Origin: Spongospora subterranea f. sp. subterranea
Taxonomy: Eukaryota
Assembly (NCBI GenBank): GCA_049724395.1
Contig: JAUGWO010000147.1
Location: forward strand, 1-40,982
Direction of reading: 5' to 3'
Length of the DNA stretch: 40,982 nucleotides
Made by a program: the position numbers and the translations under genes. The notes beneath the pieces are model-generated. The model searched no databases, was not told where the DNA came from, and saw only the letters and a list, made by a program, of their open reading frames with translations. This document shows positions 10,273 to 22,602 of this stretch, piece after piece (position 1 is the stretch's first letter; each line of letters opens with the position of its first letter).

Positions 10273-12765
10273 TCAATCCTGTTGAACCGATCTCATCTCC
10301 GGATCGATACGCACGATGGTCTCGTTGCGCTTGTGGTTGCGATTCCTCCTTGGCCGGCGCTTATCGTACGACTGATCGTGCTCCGGATCCGGGATCTCCT
10401 CCGGGATTCCATCCAGTCCCCGTTCCAGTGCCGACGACGACGACGACCCCGCTGTCAGCGTGCCGGCCGGGACGCGGGCCAGTACGGCCAGGTGGCGATA
10501 CCCGCCCACGATGGCCGTCAGATCGATTCCCTGCAGCGTTGATATGGGCGACGATTGGTATGATCCGTTGTCCATCTCCCATATGTAGATGGTCCCAGAT
10601 GTGGTCAGGCCGGCGGTCTGGTTGATGCCGGCCGCCAACCCTGTGAAACAATGGGTTGGCGGCAGACGGATGAAATTGGACGACGATCCCGATGATATGA
10701 TGGTGGTGGAGTAGATCGTGCCGTCCTCGCTCAACGCCGCTGTGTGGTTCTGACTACACGCCATCTGGATGATCCCCTTCCTTGACAGGCTCTTGACCTG
10801 TCGTGGCTCGTCGATCTGGCCTGGCACCGCGATGCCCTGGATCCCTAGTTGCCCTAACGAGTTGTCGCCCCAGACATAGACGCAATGGTCGAACCCGATC
10901 GCCGCGCAATGATCGGCGCCGCACGTGACAGACGCCCAGAACTCGGTATGGGTTTCGATCTTGCCGGCCGTCACGAATTCCCCTCCCCGATCCAATCGCC
11001 CTCGCCCCAATTGTCCTTCGGCCGATCTGCCCCACGTCCACAGATCCCCCGATTGGCTAACGGCGGCCGAGAAATGGCGACCGCAGGCGATCTGCTCGAT
11101 CGCCACCGATTGCAGCTGGGGGATGAACGACGGGATCTTGACATCGGCCATGGACGAGTTCATAAACGCCCCCGTCACCAACACCCCCCTTCCGTGACCC
11201 AACACGATGGCGCTATGCAGTGATCCGGCCGCCATTGTCTTCACAGCCTGATTGCACAATGGGCTGTGGCTGACGTGAAGGGTGATCGGCGATCGGATCA
11301 GGTGATCTGGACCGTCACCGAGACCTAGTTGCCCTCGGCTGGTGTTGCCCCAACCGTATAATGTGTTGTCGCTGCTCAGGCAGAGCGAGTGCTGGGATCC
11401 GACCGCCACCAACCGGATCTGGATATGGATCAGCGATCGGCATAGCGTCGGGAACGGCTGCGATCGGGTGTTGTTCAGGCCCAGTTGGGCGTGATGGTTC
11501 TGACCCCAAATGAACAGGACGTGATTGAACGTTGACGAATCGCCGGTTCGTGTTGGCGATGGCAGATCGGGTGTTAATAACACCGGTCCCACCACGAACC
11601 TAAACACACCACAAAATCCCCCCAAAATCTCAACTGACGAATACTGTCGTGAGAAATCGCCCTTACTTCTCAGACTGAATCTTCTCGGGAATCTGTTCCT
11701 CCGATTGAACCGGGTCCCGTTGATCGTCGATCTCTTCGCCATTCTCATCAACAGTTTCCTCAATGATCCCCATCTCGATCAATTGTGTGCTCGTCGGTCG
11801 CGTGCTCAACAGCGCATTCAGCGACACCTGGCGCTGGTGCATCTCCAGCGCCCGCTGTCGATCGCCCATCGCCGGCGACATCGACTTGAGTATGTTCTTG
11901 GCGATGAGGGACTTGGCGGCCGGTCGGGAGCTGAGCATGCGCTGGAGGCGGTCGCGTGGCGACTCGATCGCGGTGCTGGCGGCGCTGGGCGCGACGGAAG
12001 TGGTCGGATCGAACCGCGATAGATCGCCATTGCTGCGCTTGAGAATGTTTCGGCTAACGAGTCGTTCGGCCGATGGGCGCTTACTCAGGAGCTGGGACAG
12101 TACGGTGGACTTGGCCTGAATAGCTGCAGACCACGGGAATTGAGCGCCATCCGGGCACAACACAGATCAATCGCAATGAGAAACGGACCGTTGGTGTTAT
12201 CGATGATGATGTGCTGATCGACCAAATTCTCCCGGGGCGATCGCGCTCCCAACTGCGTCTCCAACGACGACACCCGTTCGTGGAATTTCGACGATCGTTG
12301 CTCGTCTGGGGACAATATGTTCTTGTGACGCAGCGTTGACGCGCTCGGGCGCGGTGATAGCAATTTGGCCAACGCGTGCTGCCGTTCGGCCGGTAGTTTA
12401 GCGGTCTGGCCGATTGCGGCCGTGATGTGCTCGGGAACATCGCGAGTCTGTTGCGCAATGAGGAATCTGGACAGAGCCGAGCCCAGCTCCACGTCCGACA
12501 AGGAGCGATCCGTCTCGATATCCGGTCGGATCGTCAGTTCCACGTCTCTGACGAACCGCAAGGTTCGGGGGCGGCAATTATCACCCGACGGCAACGGATC
12601 CGGCGAAAGCGGAGCCGGGTGGGGACGGGCCTTGACAGATCGGGTTGGACGATGGGGCCGGTGCGCTGAACATGTTGACGATGATGGAGTACGGGCAGCT
12701 AAACACCCTGATACAACACAGGGAATCGTGCCAACGACCAACGACCCGTTTGCCACATACGACAT
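10273..12765 (-). CDS. RPEL-repeat plus RCC1-repeat (beta-propeller) protein; start codon uncertain
   Basis: About five RPEL-like motifs (LAKLLSPRPSASTLRHKNIL, LSQLLSKRPSAERLVSRNIL, LQRMLSSRPAAKSLIAKNIL, LNALLSTRPTSTQLIEMGII). RCC1 repeats follow (WGQNHHAQLG, VAVGSQHSL, WGNTSRGQLG, IACGRHFS, CGADHC, WGDNSLGQLG). GT-AG introns 12124-12188 and 11600-11666 join the three ORFs in frame. Confidence 0.82.
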
Positions 12766-13016
12766 GACATGAAAAGGGCTTTGGTCCGGGACCCAGATAC
12801 GACGGGCGCGTGTCGGTTCATGAGCCCTATCAATGTAAATCACACCAGAGCAACATCGAACGAAGGAGAACGCCAAACGCTCAACCACAGATCGATGAAA
12901 TCATCGGGCGACACCGAGAACGGCGCCCACTAGGATTCGGTGCCCGTTTTGAAGCAATTACGGAGGAATACAGAGATATCGGTTTGTGTATTTGAGAAAT
13001 AGTGGGTCATGATTCG

Positions 13017-14744
13017 TTAGCGAATGGCGACAATATCGTCTATTTTCAAGAGCATCCTGACACATTCCGTGGCAAGATTGATGGCGCTGGTCGTAACCAA
13101 CAAGGGCTGAACGACGTTCTCCTCTAGGATGTCGGTGATGCAGCCTTTCCGTACATTGATGCCGGCGGTGACCGCTCCTTGGGCGTGGCGGGACTTCAGT
13201 TCGGTCACGATTTCCATCGGGTTCAAGCCAGCATTCTCAGCCAGCGTGAAGGGAATCACCTCCAACGCATTGGCGAACTCTCGGATACAGTACGATTCCA
13301 TCCCAACCAATGACTGAGCGTGTTTGGCCAGCTTCATGCTGACTTCAATCTCAGGTGCACCACCTCCAGCAATCATGTACCTATAAATTTTGGATTATAA
13401 ACATTGAGACGAATGTAAATGGGTAAAACAACTACTTTTGCTTGATGAGACAGCGAATAACGCAAAGGGCATCATGCACCGATCGCTCGGCTTCTTCAAG
13501 CATGAGACGGTTCGATCCACGAACCAAAATCGAGACGGTACGGCCAGGGTGCTTAACGCCGGTGATTTTAACCAGCTTGCCATCCGGAGTGGAGACCTGA
13601 TAGAAACGATTCGGAACAGATTAAAATAAAGTTTCGGCGATGAACACTGCACCACACTAACCTCTTCGGCCATCTCAGCAGCTCCCATCTTGTCGATCGA
13701 GAAGCTATCGATGTTGGCGATCGGCGACAGACCTAGCGTCTTACTGACAAACTCCACATCTTCGCGTTCGACATCGGTAACGACCATGATTCCCTTCTTG
13801 GCCAGGAAATGGAGCGACAGGTCGTTGACGGCATCGCGGAGGATCGATTTCTGGATCAGCAGCACGTTGCATCCAGACTTGACAATGACCTTCACCAAGC
13901 CAAGAATGTACTTTCGCTCTTCACGAAGGATGCGATCCATCTGTTGATAATCGGACACCAGGACTGAGTTCTCCATGTCAGTCTTGGGCGCCGACAGACA
14001 GAACTGAATCAGGGCGATCTTAGCGTTGGAAATTCTGGTAGGACCGCCAGCGGCATGGCTGGCATGTTGAGGGAATACCAGCCCGTGAATCATCTCGGTA
14101 TCGTCCACCGTTCCGCCCAGCTTCTGCACAACTTTGATGTCCCGCAGGTCAACGTTCGACGCTGTGGCAGGGTCGATGACGGAGAATACGGCTTCAACCG
14201 CTAAAGGCGCTAAACGAGTCGAGTGGGCTGAAACAACTTTAGAATTGAGACTGGTGGTCGCCGCTTGAACAAGAGACGCCTTGTCGCTCAAATCCACTTT
14301 GGTCGCCATTTTTGTCAGAATATCTTGGGCCAGCGACGCTGCTAGACCAAACGCGTTGCTGATTATAGAAGGATGAATCCCTTTTTCCATCAGATTCTGG
14401 CTTGCCTGAAGAAGACCTCCGGTGATAACGGTGACCGATGTCGTACCATCTCCGGCTTCGACATCTTGGGATTTCGACACATCGACAAGCATACGCGCCG
14501 CAGGGTGCGACACTTCCAGTTTCGACAGAATCGTAGCGCCATCGTTTGTAATGACAACCTCCCCATTAGACGATGTGATCATCTTGTCCATACCGCGGGG
14601 CCCAAGAGAAGTCCTGATGCAATCGGCAACAGCTTTGGCGGCAACAATGTTCGATGAGCGAACATCCCGTCCCTTCTCACCGCCCGAGAACTGGTCGCCC
14701 GAGGCGGGTTTGGCAACGGCAGCGGGTGTGGATTCGACAGCCAT
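13017..14744 (-). CDS. CCT4: T-complex protein 1 subunit delta (CCT chaperonin)
   Basis: [71 protein letters not shown] and LLKIDDIV. Introns 13597-13661 and 13381-13435. Confidence 0.97.
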
Positions 14745-15642
14745 GTTATTTATGGGCGCGTTCAGGGAAGTGGTACAATGCCGTCACGGACCCGACCACA
14801 TGGAGATACGCGACACATATCCCATGGGGGCACTCTAGCGTATATACCGATCACGGTCCTTCAGCCAAGGACTGGCGCGGCCCAACACCGCACCTACCAC
14901 GTCAAATAGCGTGATCTACCGCAGGCCTACCAAGGCTGAAAGAGTGAGGCTACCACACCAGCCAGAGTCTGGAAACCACTGCCTGGCCTTGGGCCCAGCG
15001 TGATTCGTGTCGCTCCGAGCCCAATCTCACCGCTCTGCAGGCTCTTCAAAGGGGAAGTTTTTGGCCCAGCTTGTTTCGCGGTCCCAAAACGAGATCAGGA
15101 ACAAATAAACCCTACTGGTTTCGGTTTTATGACCCTGGCCAAACGTACGTGTGATCTATTGCAAAGTTATGTACCTTTCAGGAAGAAGTCCTTGGAATAT
15201 GTGTGGGGAGGTTTGAAATCCATTTCGCTGATATATGCGCCCCGAATTGATATAAATAACTCAAAGCAATTGGTTTCGGTTTACCAGAATTCTGCAGACG
15301 CCGATTCTCAAAATGTTGAATTTAAAAAAAATGTACACGTCAAATTGAAGAGCATACGCGTCTTGAGACAATAGTAAGAGATGTCCTATCTTGAGATAGT
15401 GTTAGGGCTTGTGGACCACATTCCTTTAAACATATCGCTGTTGACGGTAGCAGGCGATCCCTGCGGCCGCTACCAGGAGTCCGTTTCCACGACATATATC
15501 GCGATGGCCCTATACATGTTGCCCCCCCCAGCTATCGCCCGCCCTCCCATCTCCCTCCGGTACCGAGTCTTGATTCCTTGTGTTGGGCCTTGGAGTCAGT
15601 GAAGTGTGTCAGGACGCGTGTTGTCGCCAGCGGGTGATGTTA

Positions 15643-15665
15643 CACACACACACACACACACACAC
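15643..15665. repeat. (CA)n microsatellite upstream of the SMS-like gene
   Basis: acacacacacacacacacacac run. Confidence 0.95.
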
Positions 15666-15849
15666 TCTCTGGCTCTGTCTGTCCCTGTCAGTTGCTGACT
15701 GCAGTCTTCCCAGACGCTGTCGGTACTCACAAACGGACTCAACCAGAACGTCCTTTTCTATCCTTGCCTTTAGTAGCCTTTAGTCGGCAAAATCGCAGCT
15801 GGGCTCGGCAACCACGCGTGTTCCTGCGCGAACATGCAGTCCAGGCCAA

Positions 15850-16830
15850 ATGCGAGGCGGGTTGAAAAACGGGAACCGAATAGGCTTTCGGGCGAATACC
15901 CGGTGGAAGACGAAAATTTCTGGCCGGGAAACTGTTCTGATCAGAGAAGAATGCGCATGCAGCAGAAAGGACGATAACGTAGAATACGACGGACAGTGGG
16001 TATTGCCGGTCCGGCAACCGTTTTTCCGGTTTCTGCTGATGCTGCCTGCCGTATTCCTTGTCATTCTGGTTATGGCGTTGGTCCAAGTCCATTCCGATTC
16101 GGATTATCACGAGCGCCAGAATGGTCGATTCACTGAGCCGTTGTACGATATTGGTCATTGCATGCTCCCGAACATGAACACCGACACCCATAAGCTGATC
16201 GCCGAGATCCCGCTGTTTGCCTTGCTGGGCTTAACGGCTGTCGTATCATTCACCGTCGACAGCAAGGACAGGACCCGATTGATACGCCGCTATGCCTTGC
16301 TCCAGATGTGCCTCTATATGCTCAGGACGTTGTCGCTACTGGGAACGCGTCTACCGCCTTCGGATCCGACCTGCAATCCCCGCCCGGTCGAGGGCGTCAC
16401 GTTCGTGGTTTCCGCTTTGAGGATCGTGGCCCTGCTGGATTCAGCCTGTACCGACATGATGTTCAGCGGCCACACAACATCGGCGACCTCCATGCTGGCT
16501 GTCTGGGTGCATAATCCCCGCGTTCCCAAACTGATCAAAGCTATTGGCATTGCCAACTTGGCGCTATGCGGATTTGGGTTCGTATCGTCCAGACTGCACT
16601 ACACGGTTGACGTCGTCGTGGCGTTCATCATCTCAGTTTTACTCGTCCTTTGCTATAACTCAGGTTGGCAACTGATCAAGCTGCGATACCCAGTGCCGCG
16701 TCCGTCGACTCCCCTTATCGCCAAAATTATCTACTGGATTGAGGGCGATGACTTGAGAATCGCCGACAATTACTCGCAACCTCTGAGGATACCGACGTCG
16801 GACAACCAGAGGTCGAATAAACTAGCCTAA
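15850..16830 (+). CDS. Sphingomyelin synthase / inositol-phosphorylceramide synthase-like protein (PAP2_C), intronless
   Basis: PLYDIGH, LRTLSLLGTRLPPSDPTC, CTDMMFSGHT and SRLHYTVDV motifs, with about six hydrophobic segments. Confidence 0.92.
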   Translation: MRGGLKNGNRIGFRANTRWKTKISGRETVLIREECACSRKDDNVEYDGQWVLPVRQPFFRFLLMLPAVFLVILVMALVQVHSDSDYHERQNGRFTEPLYDIGHCMLPNMNTDTHKLIAEIPLFALLGLTAVVSFTVDSKDRTRLIRRYALLQMCLYMLRTLSLLGTRLPPSDPTCNPRPVEGVTFVVSALRIVALLDSACTDMMFSGHTTSATSMLAVWVHNPRVPKLIKAIGIANLALCGFGFVSSRLHYTVDVVVAFIISVLLVLCYNSGWQLIKLRYPVPRPSTPLIAKIIYWIEGDDLRIADNYSQPLRIPTSDNQRSNKLA

Positions 16831-17089
16831 TATAACAATCATTTCAACAGCAGTTGAGATCCGTATATCACTCAAACTCAACAGACGTCTCATTTTTTAC
16901 CAACTTAGAAAGATTTGTTTGAGAGCGATAAGGACGTGGATGTCCAGAGTAAGTCATGTCCAGGTCATGAAAACAGTGTTTTTACCGTAATAGGGATGAC
17001 AAAGGAATTATTTTGGGAGATAATCATAAACAAAGGATAGGTCGCGGTGAGCCGATGGAAAAGATGGATAGAGTTTGCCTGTAGAGGGG

Positions 17090-17420
17090 TTTGCACAATC
17101 GTCTCTTTTATAGAGGCAACTCAAGACCTGGAATTACTCGAGAGGGCTCTCTATCATTCACGACCATTGGAGGCAAAATCCGACAAGTATCTTACCACAA
17201 GCCGCTCAACATTTATCAACACCTTCCTCGCATTTTCCTCGATAATCCAGCAGTCATCAAAGGCTATATCAGAGGCGACATCTCAAGTATTGCTCATGTG
17301 ATAGAACCCTTCTGGAGGATCATCGTTCTCCTTCATCCATTCTTGGCTAGAGGCGCCACACTACGTTTTCTTATTCCTACCTTCGCCACTTTTACTCAAA
17401 CACGGCTAGTAGAGATTAAG
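17090..17420 (+). mobile_element. Penelope-like retroelement RT thumb-region remnant
   Basis: SYHKPLNIYQHLP..NPAVIKGYIRGDI..FLARG resembles the YxKP..YL..SxHP..KGFIxGE..F..RGY segment of PLE RTs. Frames are broken. Confidence 0.55.
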
Positions 17421-17579
17421 TCCAAGATCACTCCCGAACAATACGTAGGAGGGAAACACGGGGGAGGCGTTGATCGATAATGGTTTAATGGTCAGAGTTT
17501 TGGTAAAAAATGGATTTTTCGAATTTTATTGAAGACATCAGTCACCAGGAGATGGCCCAATCGGTAGCCTGCTCGTGAG

Positions 17580-18470
17580 TTCTCCTCTATCCTTCCGGCA
17601 GAATTCTACATCAGTCATTGACGGCGTTGATTTTGTTGACGAGGGTTAAGTCCTCTTATGACGATGTCATCACGACTGCCGGCAGGAAATGAGGCAGCGA
17701 AAATCGAACGATGTGTATACAGAGGTTGGAGATACAACAGCGATGAACGCCCAGATCCATGTCCCTATCGCTTTTTAGAAAGACAAAAACCTTCTCTAAC
17801 TCGGTTCACGTCTAAATATTTCTGCCCTACAAAGTGTTGCCACTAATTTCCATTTGGAATATATTAGGCAAGATTCTGTAAATTCAAGGACTTACGAGGC
17901 GTTTTTCGATTGATTTAGCAAACGAATCACTAATTCGAAGAGCGTTCACCTCAATAACCCGCGAACAGCCTCTTCATTTCCCGGCAACCTTTGATCGCTG
18001 AAAAAACAACTTGAACACCCCATCCATTACAGCGATCGTCATGACACCATCAAAAAGCGAATAATGGGAATACAGAATCGTCTCCCAATTATTTTTCAAC
18101 CACTTATGCTCTAGGAGTTGGCTGTGGACATGCAGGCTCTTCACGAATTGGTGATTAGGAAGTTGACCTGATGTCAGATGAGTTTTCAGATTCCCTTGAG
18201 CTGACATTGGCAAAACTTACGCCTGAAACATCATTGAGGCGATAAACGAGACGAACGATACTTCTCCCCGTCGTGATGCCGACAAGCACCGTTCCAATGC
18301 ACCCAAGTATGAGATCGGCGATTTGAAATACATCCCGGCCCTGCTCAAAACTCGAAGATGGCCGTTCCTGATTACTGCCGAGATTGCATACTCCCTAAAG
18401 CTACCGGCGTCTTGGCGACTACACAGCGAGTCACGCTTCCAAGCTCAAAACTCATTACGCTAATGACATT
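17580..18470 (+). mobile_element. Ty3/gypsy pol remnant (integrase C-terminal GPY/F region)
   Basis: About 18300-18455, broken frames read APKYEIGDL..GPFLITAEI..AYSLKLPASWRLH..HASKLK. The upstream extent is approximate. Confidence 0.65.
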
Positions 18471-19949
18471 CCAGCACGAGTCCAAGTGATTCCAGCGGAT
18501 CCCATTTACCTACCGGGTGGATACTCCCAATCACTTTATACCGTTGCTTCAAACGCTAAAAAAAAATCTTCTTGAGCTAATCAAACTTAACGCAAGCAAA
18601 TCTAGAATTCCTAATTGACCGGCAAGACTCGACCCGCGTTGGCGTGTTTCCGAGGACCGGGCCTAGAAAAAGCGATACATCTCCAAACACAATGTCTGCC
18701 TTCGTAAATGTCGAGTTCCTGTCGGTTAACTAGGAATTCTAGATTAGCTTCCGTAAACTTCGACCAGCTCAAGTAGATTTTCGAGCGTTTGAAGCAACTT
18801 ATAAACTTGACTTTCAGGAACTTGCAACTTGAATGGGCGTTCAAACAAAATATGAACTGTTTTAGTGTCTTGGTTAGTGTTGAGTCATAGAATGGCAGAA
18901 TAATTTACCGGACACAGATGCAGTATTTGTCGACTGGGAAGGAAATCCACCATCTGAGCGTCCGTGGCCTGGCCAACAACGCTCAGCCTGGCCGACAACG
19001 CTCCGACGTGACGAGAGGCCATTAGGCAATTTCATGAGCAATACCCCGACGAGCCAGGTCCCGGTTCAAAGTGGGAGGTGGCGTTATGAACCCACTAAGG
19101 ACCTCGCCGAAGACGCGACAGAAAAATGCACCACACTAGCTTCTTCAATAGATTCGTCCTGTCACTTTCATCCTCCGTCTCCAAAACAGATTGCAAATGA
19201 GCAATCACATTGGAACCAAATTCGCTGCCAATATTGATGGATTCAGTTTGAGGGTCAAAAATTGTTGGAGGGAGGACGTTCATGTTCATCTCCCATTCTT
19301 TGACTCTAAATAATCTCCGAGTAGATTGCCGTGCACAAAAATGATTCTGGAAGCTGATTGTCTGTCTGAAATTCCAGCAGTAGTCTTTCGAATTTTGCGA
19401 CTTCATGACGCGTGTACGGTGCTCGGAAGTAATAAGTCACTTTTTTTTGCACCGACTGTTTCAACTTTGTAGAGCCTGCTGATATTCCATATTGACTAAC
19501 ATCACCAGAACAACTACGCTTTCAGCCAGGTCCACGACAGCGCTCCCATCATAGTCATAATCATGTTGATCGGAAAAAAATTGACAGGTTTCCAGATGAG
19601 CGTCAAAACATCTTTTCCATCCTTGAACCAATTCAGGTTCCGGAGAAGAATCGAGATTTCTCAGCATATGCTTTGAAAAACAGTGAATACAGTTAAAAGA
19701 ATGTAGCGTCTTGTTGACCTTTGGTTCGAGATTTCATATGCGATCTCGCTGCACAAGCTGGCCGTCCCATGGCGATGGTGAACCTCAAGTGGTTGACAAA
19801 CCAGTACAAAACTCTAAGAATTCGGCTGCTTCAGATTTTCGACGGGGACCGTGACTCCGTTTTTACTCCTTCGTTTTTACTATGCTTGTCAAAAAACGTT
19901 TAAACGCGTTCAAAACGAGTAAAAACGGTTTTTGTTTGAACGAAGGTCC

Positions 19950-20829
19950 GCTGCCGATATCTTGTTGAACCTGTGAACAATATAATTAGTATTTGTTATC
20001 ATATTTGAATATGTGCACATGACGCACGCTGTGATCGACGATGACATTTTCATCCACGGAATAATAATCAATAACAAAATACAAAACAGTTTCAGAAACA
20101 ATTTGTGGCGTTCGCTCCATAATCGCACGATGGTTATGGGGCGTAAAATGATTCTGCCGGCACAAAGAGGGATTAGGACTAAGTACGTCAGCTGAAGCAA
20201 AATGTCGGTCGGATTTAGAGTGAACGAGACTCCAGAATTAGGACCCAAAAGCAACACCGGCAATAAAAACGGAATGGTAAAAACCTAAGTGAACACTTTT
20301 ACACGAAGACGGTTAGAAACAGTACCAAAGCGAACCTACCGCGAGAACATTGCTGAAAACCGTAAAAAATAATGACAAGGGCATATTTCCACGACATTGG
20401 GCAACAAGAACTGAGCCGGTACTGACTGTGGTTGGAGATCGGGCAAATACCCCTAAACCCAGGATAACAAAGGAATCTACAGGAATGTGTCGAAGCGCTA
20501 GGGCAAATAACGGCGTGATGAACAATATAGACAGAAGCCCTAGTGTGGCGGATGGCCAAAGCCGAACAAGATCTCTGACTGATTCAAGGTGTAGTTCCAG
20601 GCCTGAGATGATAAATATAACAATAATCTAACCACATTCGGTGAATCAGATACGACATTGGGGGAGATACACGATCCCCTACGCAAATTGACTGGAGAGG
20701 TGTATCATCCAGATACTTTCCTGGCGTGGGCCAAAGCCAACCCAGAAATAGTGCCACGATCAAGCCCAGTGGCATAATCCACCGCGTCCATCTGATTCGC
20801 AGCGAACGGTAAAATGTCATGGTAGCCAT
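19950..20829 (-). pseudogene. 3'-truncated inverted duplicate of the SBF-like transporter gene
   Basis: Reverse complement of 21723-22602. It breaks off after NKISAA into unrelated sequence (stop at 19910) and carries FARSPTT instead of FALSPTT. Confidence 0.9.
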
Positions 20830-22602
20830 CTACCGACTGCACCGCAGATGGACCTGCGCAGTGAGCCTATGACTCAGGTCGAGTGGGTGGGTCGTTCAAT
20901 AGGGCTGCGCTGACCTGTACTTTCATCCTTCTGAGGCTGCGGTAAATAGTCATGTATACGACTATACGTACAATACAACGTACACCAGTAGTTCACTACG
21001 TATTGGCAAAACGGAGTGAACGTGTACTGTAGTACAGTAGGTATTTATTTACAAGGAGTCTAACGACGCCGTATCGTCGTACGATTGCTCTACTAGTGTT
21101 ATCGCCACCATTGACGTATAATCAGCTTTAGCTGATTTGATTATTTCGTACCGAATGTGATGGCATTACTTTCCTCGGCAGTGGAATAGAATACTGAAAT
21201 TCTTCAGATGTCTGGCCGGTAAAATACTTAATTATCGCCATCGACTCGGCATCGTCGAAAACATTGTCTTGACAAGATTGCCGGACATAATGCTTGGGTG
21301 CCTCAGTCTTTTGACTAAATGACACGATCAATCTCTGTGCGTTGTCCGCAATGGAAATCTGCATTCGATGTTGCGCAAAGTAATGCCATCACATTCGGTA
21401 CGAAATAATCAAATCAGCTAAAGCTGATTATACGTCAATGGTGGCGATAACACTAGTAGAGCAATCGTACGACGATACGGCGTCGTTAGACTCCTTGTAA
21501 ATAAATACCTACTGTACTACAGTACACGTTCACTCCGTTTTGCCAATACGTAGTGAACTACTGGTGTACGTTGTATTGTACGTATAGTCGTATACATGAC
21601 TATTTACCGCAGCCTCCTGAGAAGGATGAAAGTACAGGTCAGCGCAGCCCTATTGAACGACCCACCCACTCGACCTGAGTCATAGGCTCACTGCGCAGGT
21701 CCATCTGCGGTGCAGTCGGTAGATGGCTACCATGACATTTTACCGTTCGCTGCGAATCAGATGGACGCGGTGGATTATGCCACTGGGCTTGATCGTGGCA
21801 CTATTTCTGGGTTGGCTTTGGCCCACGCCAGGAAAGTATCTGGATGATACACCTCTCCAGTCAATTTGCGTAGGGGATCGTGTATCTCCCCCAATGTCGT
21901 AGCTGATTTACCGAATGTGGTTAGATTATTGTTATATTTATCATCTCAGGGCTGGAACTACACCTTGAATCAGTCAGAGATCTTGTTCGGCTTTGGCCAT
22001 CCGCCACACTAGGGCTTCTGTCTATATTGTTCATCACGCCGTTATTTGCCCTAGCGCTTCGACACATTCCTGTAGATTCCTTTGTTATCCTGGGTTTAGG
22101 GGTATTTGCCCTATCTCCAACCACAGTCAGTACCGGCTCAGTTCTTGTTGCCCAATGTCGTGGAAATATGCCCTTGTCATTATTTTTTACGGTTTTCAGC
22201 AATGTTCTCGCGGTAGGTTCGCTTTGGTACTGTTTCTAACCGTCTTCGTGTAAAAGTGTTCACTTAGGTTTTTACCATTCCGTTTTTATTGCCGGTGTTG
22301 CTTTTGGGTCCTAATTCTGGAGTCTCGTTCACTCTAAATCCGACCGACATTTTGCTTCAGCTGACGTACTTAGTCCTAATCCCTCTTTGTGCCGGCAGAA
22401 TCATTTTACGCCCCATAACCATCGTGCGATTATGGAGCGAACGCCACAAATTGTTTCTGAAACTGTTTTGTATTTTGTTACTGATTATTATTCCGTGGAT
22501 GAAAATGTCATCGTCGATCACAGCGTGCGTCATGCGCACATATTCAAATATGATAACAAGTACTAATTATATTGTTCACAGGTTCAACAAGATATCGGCA
22601 GC
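19950..22602. repeat. Large inverted repeat; arms 19950-21172 and 21377-22602 (about 1.22 kb), 204-bp spacer
   Basis: Mirror-image ORFs in the track (20350+/21921-, 20299-/21993+, 19910-/22289+). By eye about 7 substitutions and one 3-bp indel separate the arms. Confidence 0.98.

Noticed and set aside
10269..12772. Numerous plus-strand ORFs overlapping the RPEL-RCC1 gene
   Set aside because: Antisense shadow ORFs expected in GC-rich coding DNA, with no recognisable motifs.
15000..15602. ORFs between CCT4 and the SMS-like gene
   Set aside because: No recognisable motifs, and the first ORF lacks an ATG start. Probably divergent promoter/UTR or decayed sequence.
16991..17003. tagggatgacaaa as the partner TIR of the hAT end at 39432
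   Set aside because: Imperfect match, no subterminal AACCGG repeats, and the 8-bp flanks (taccgtaa vs ggtgtcat) differ.
18600..19900. Possible transposase or gene remnants on the minus strand
   Set aside because: Looks like decayed coding sequence, but I cannot assign any family motif.
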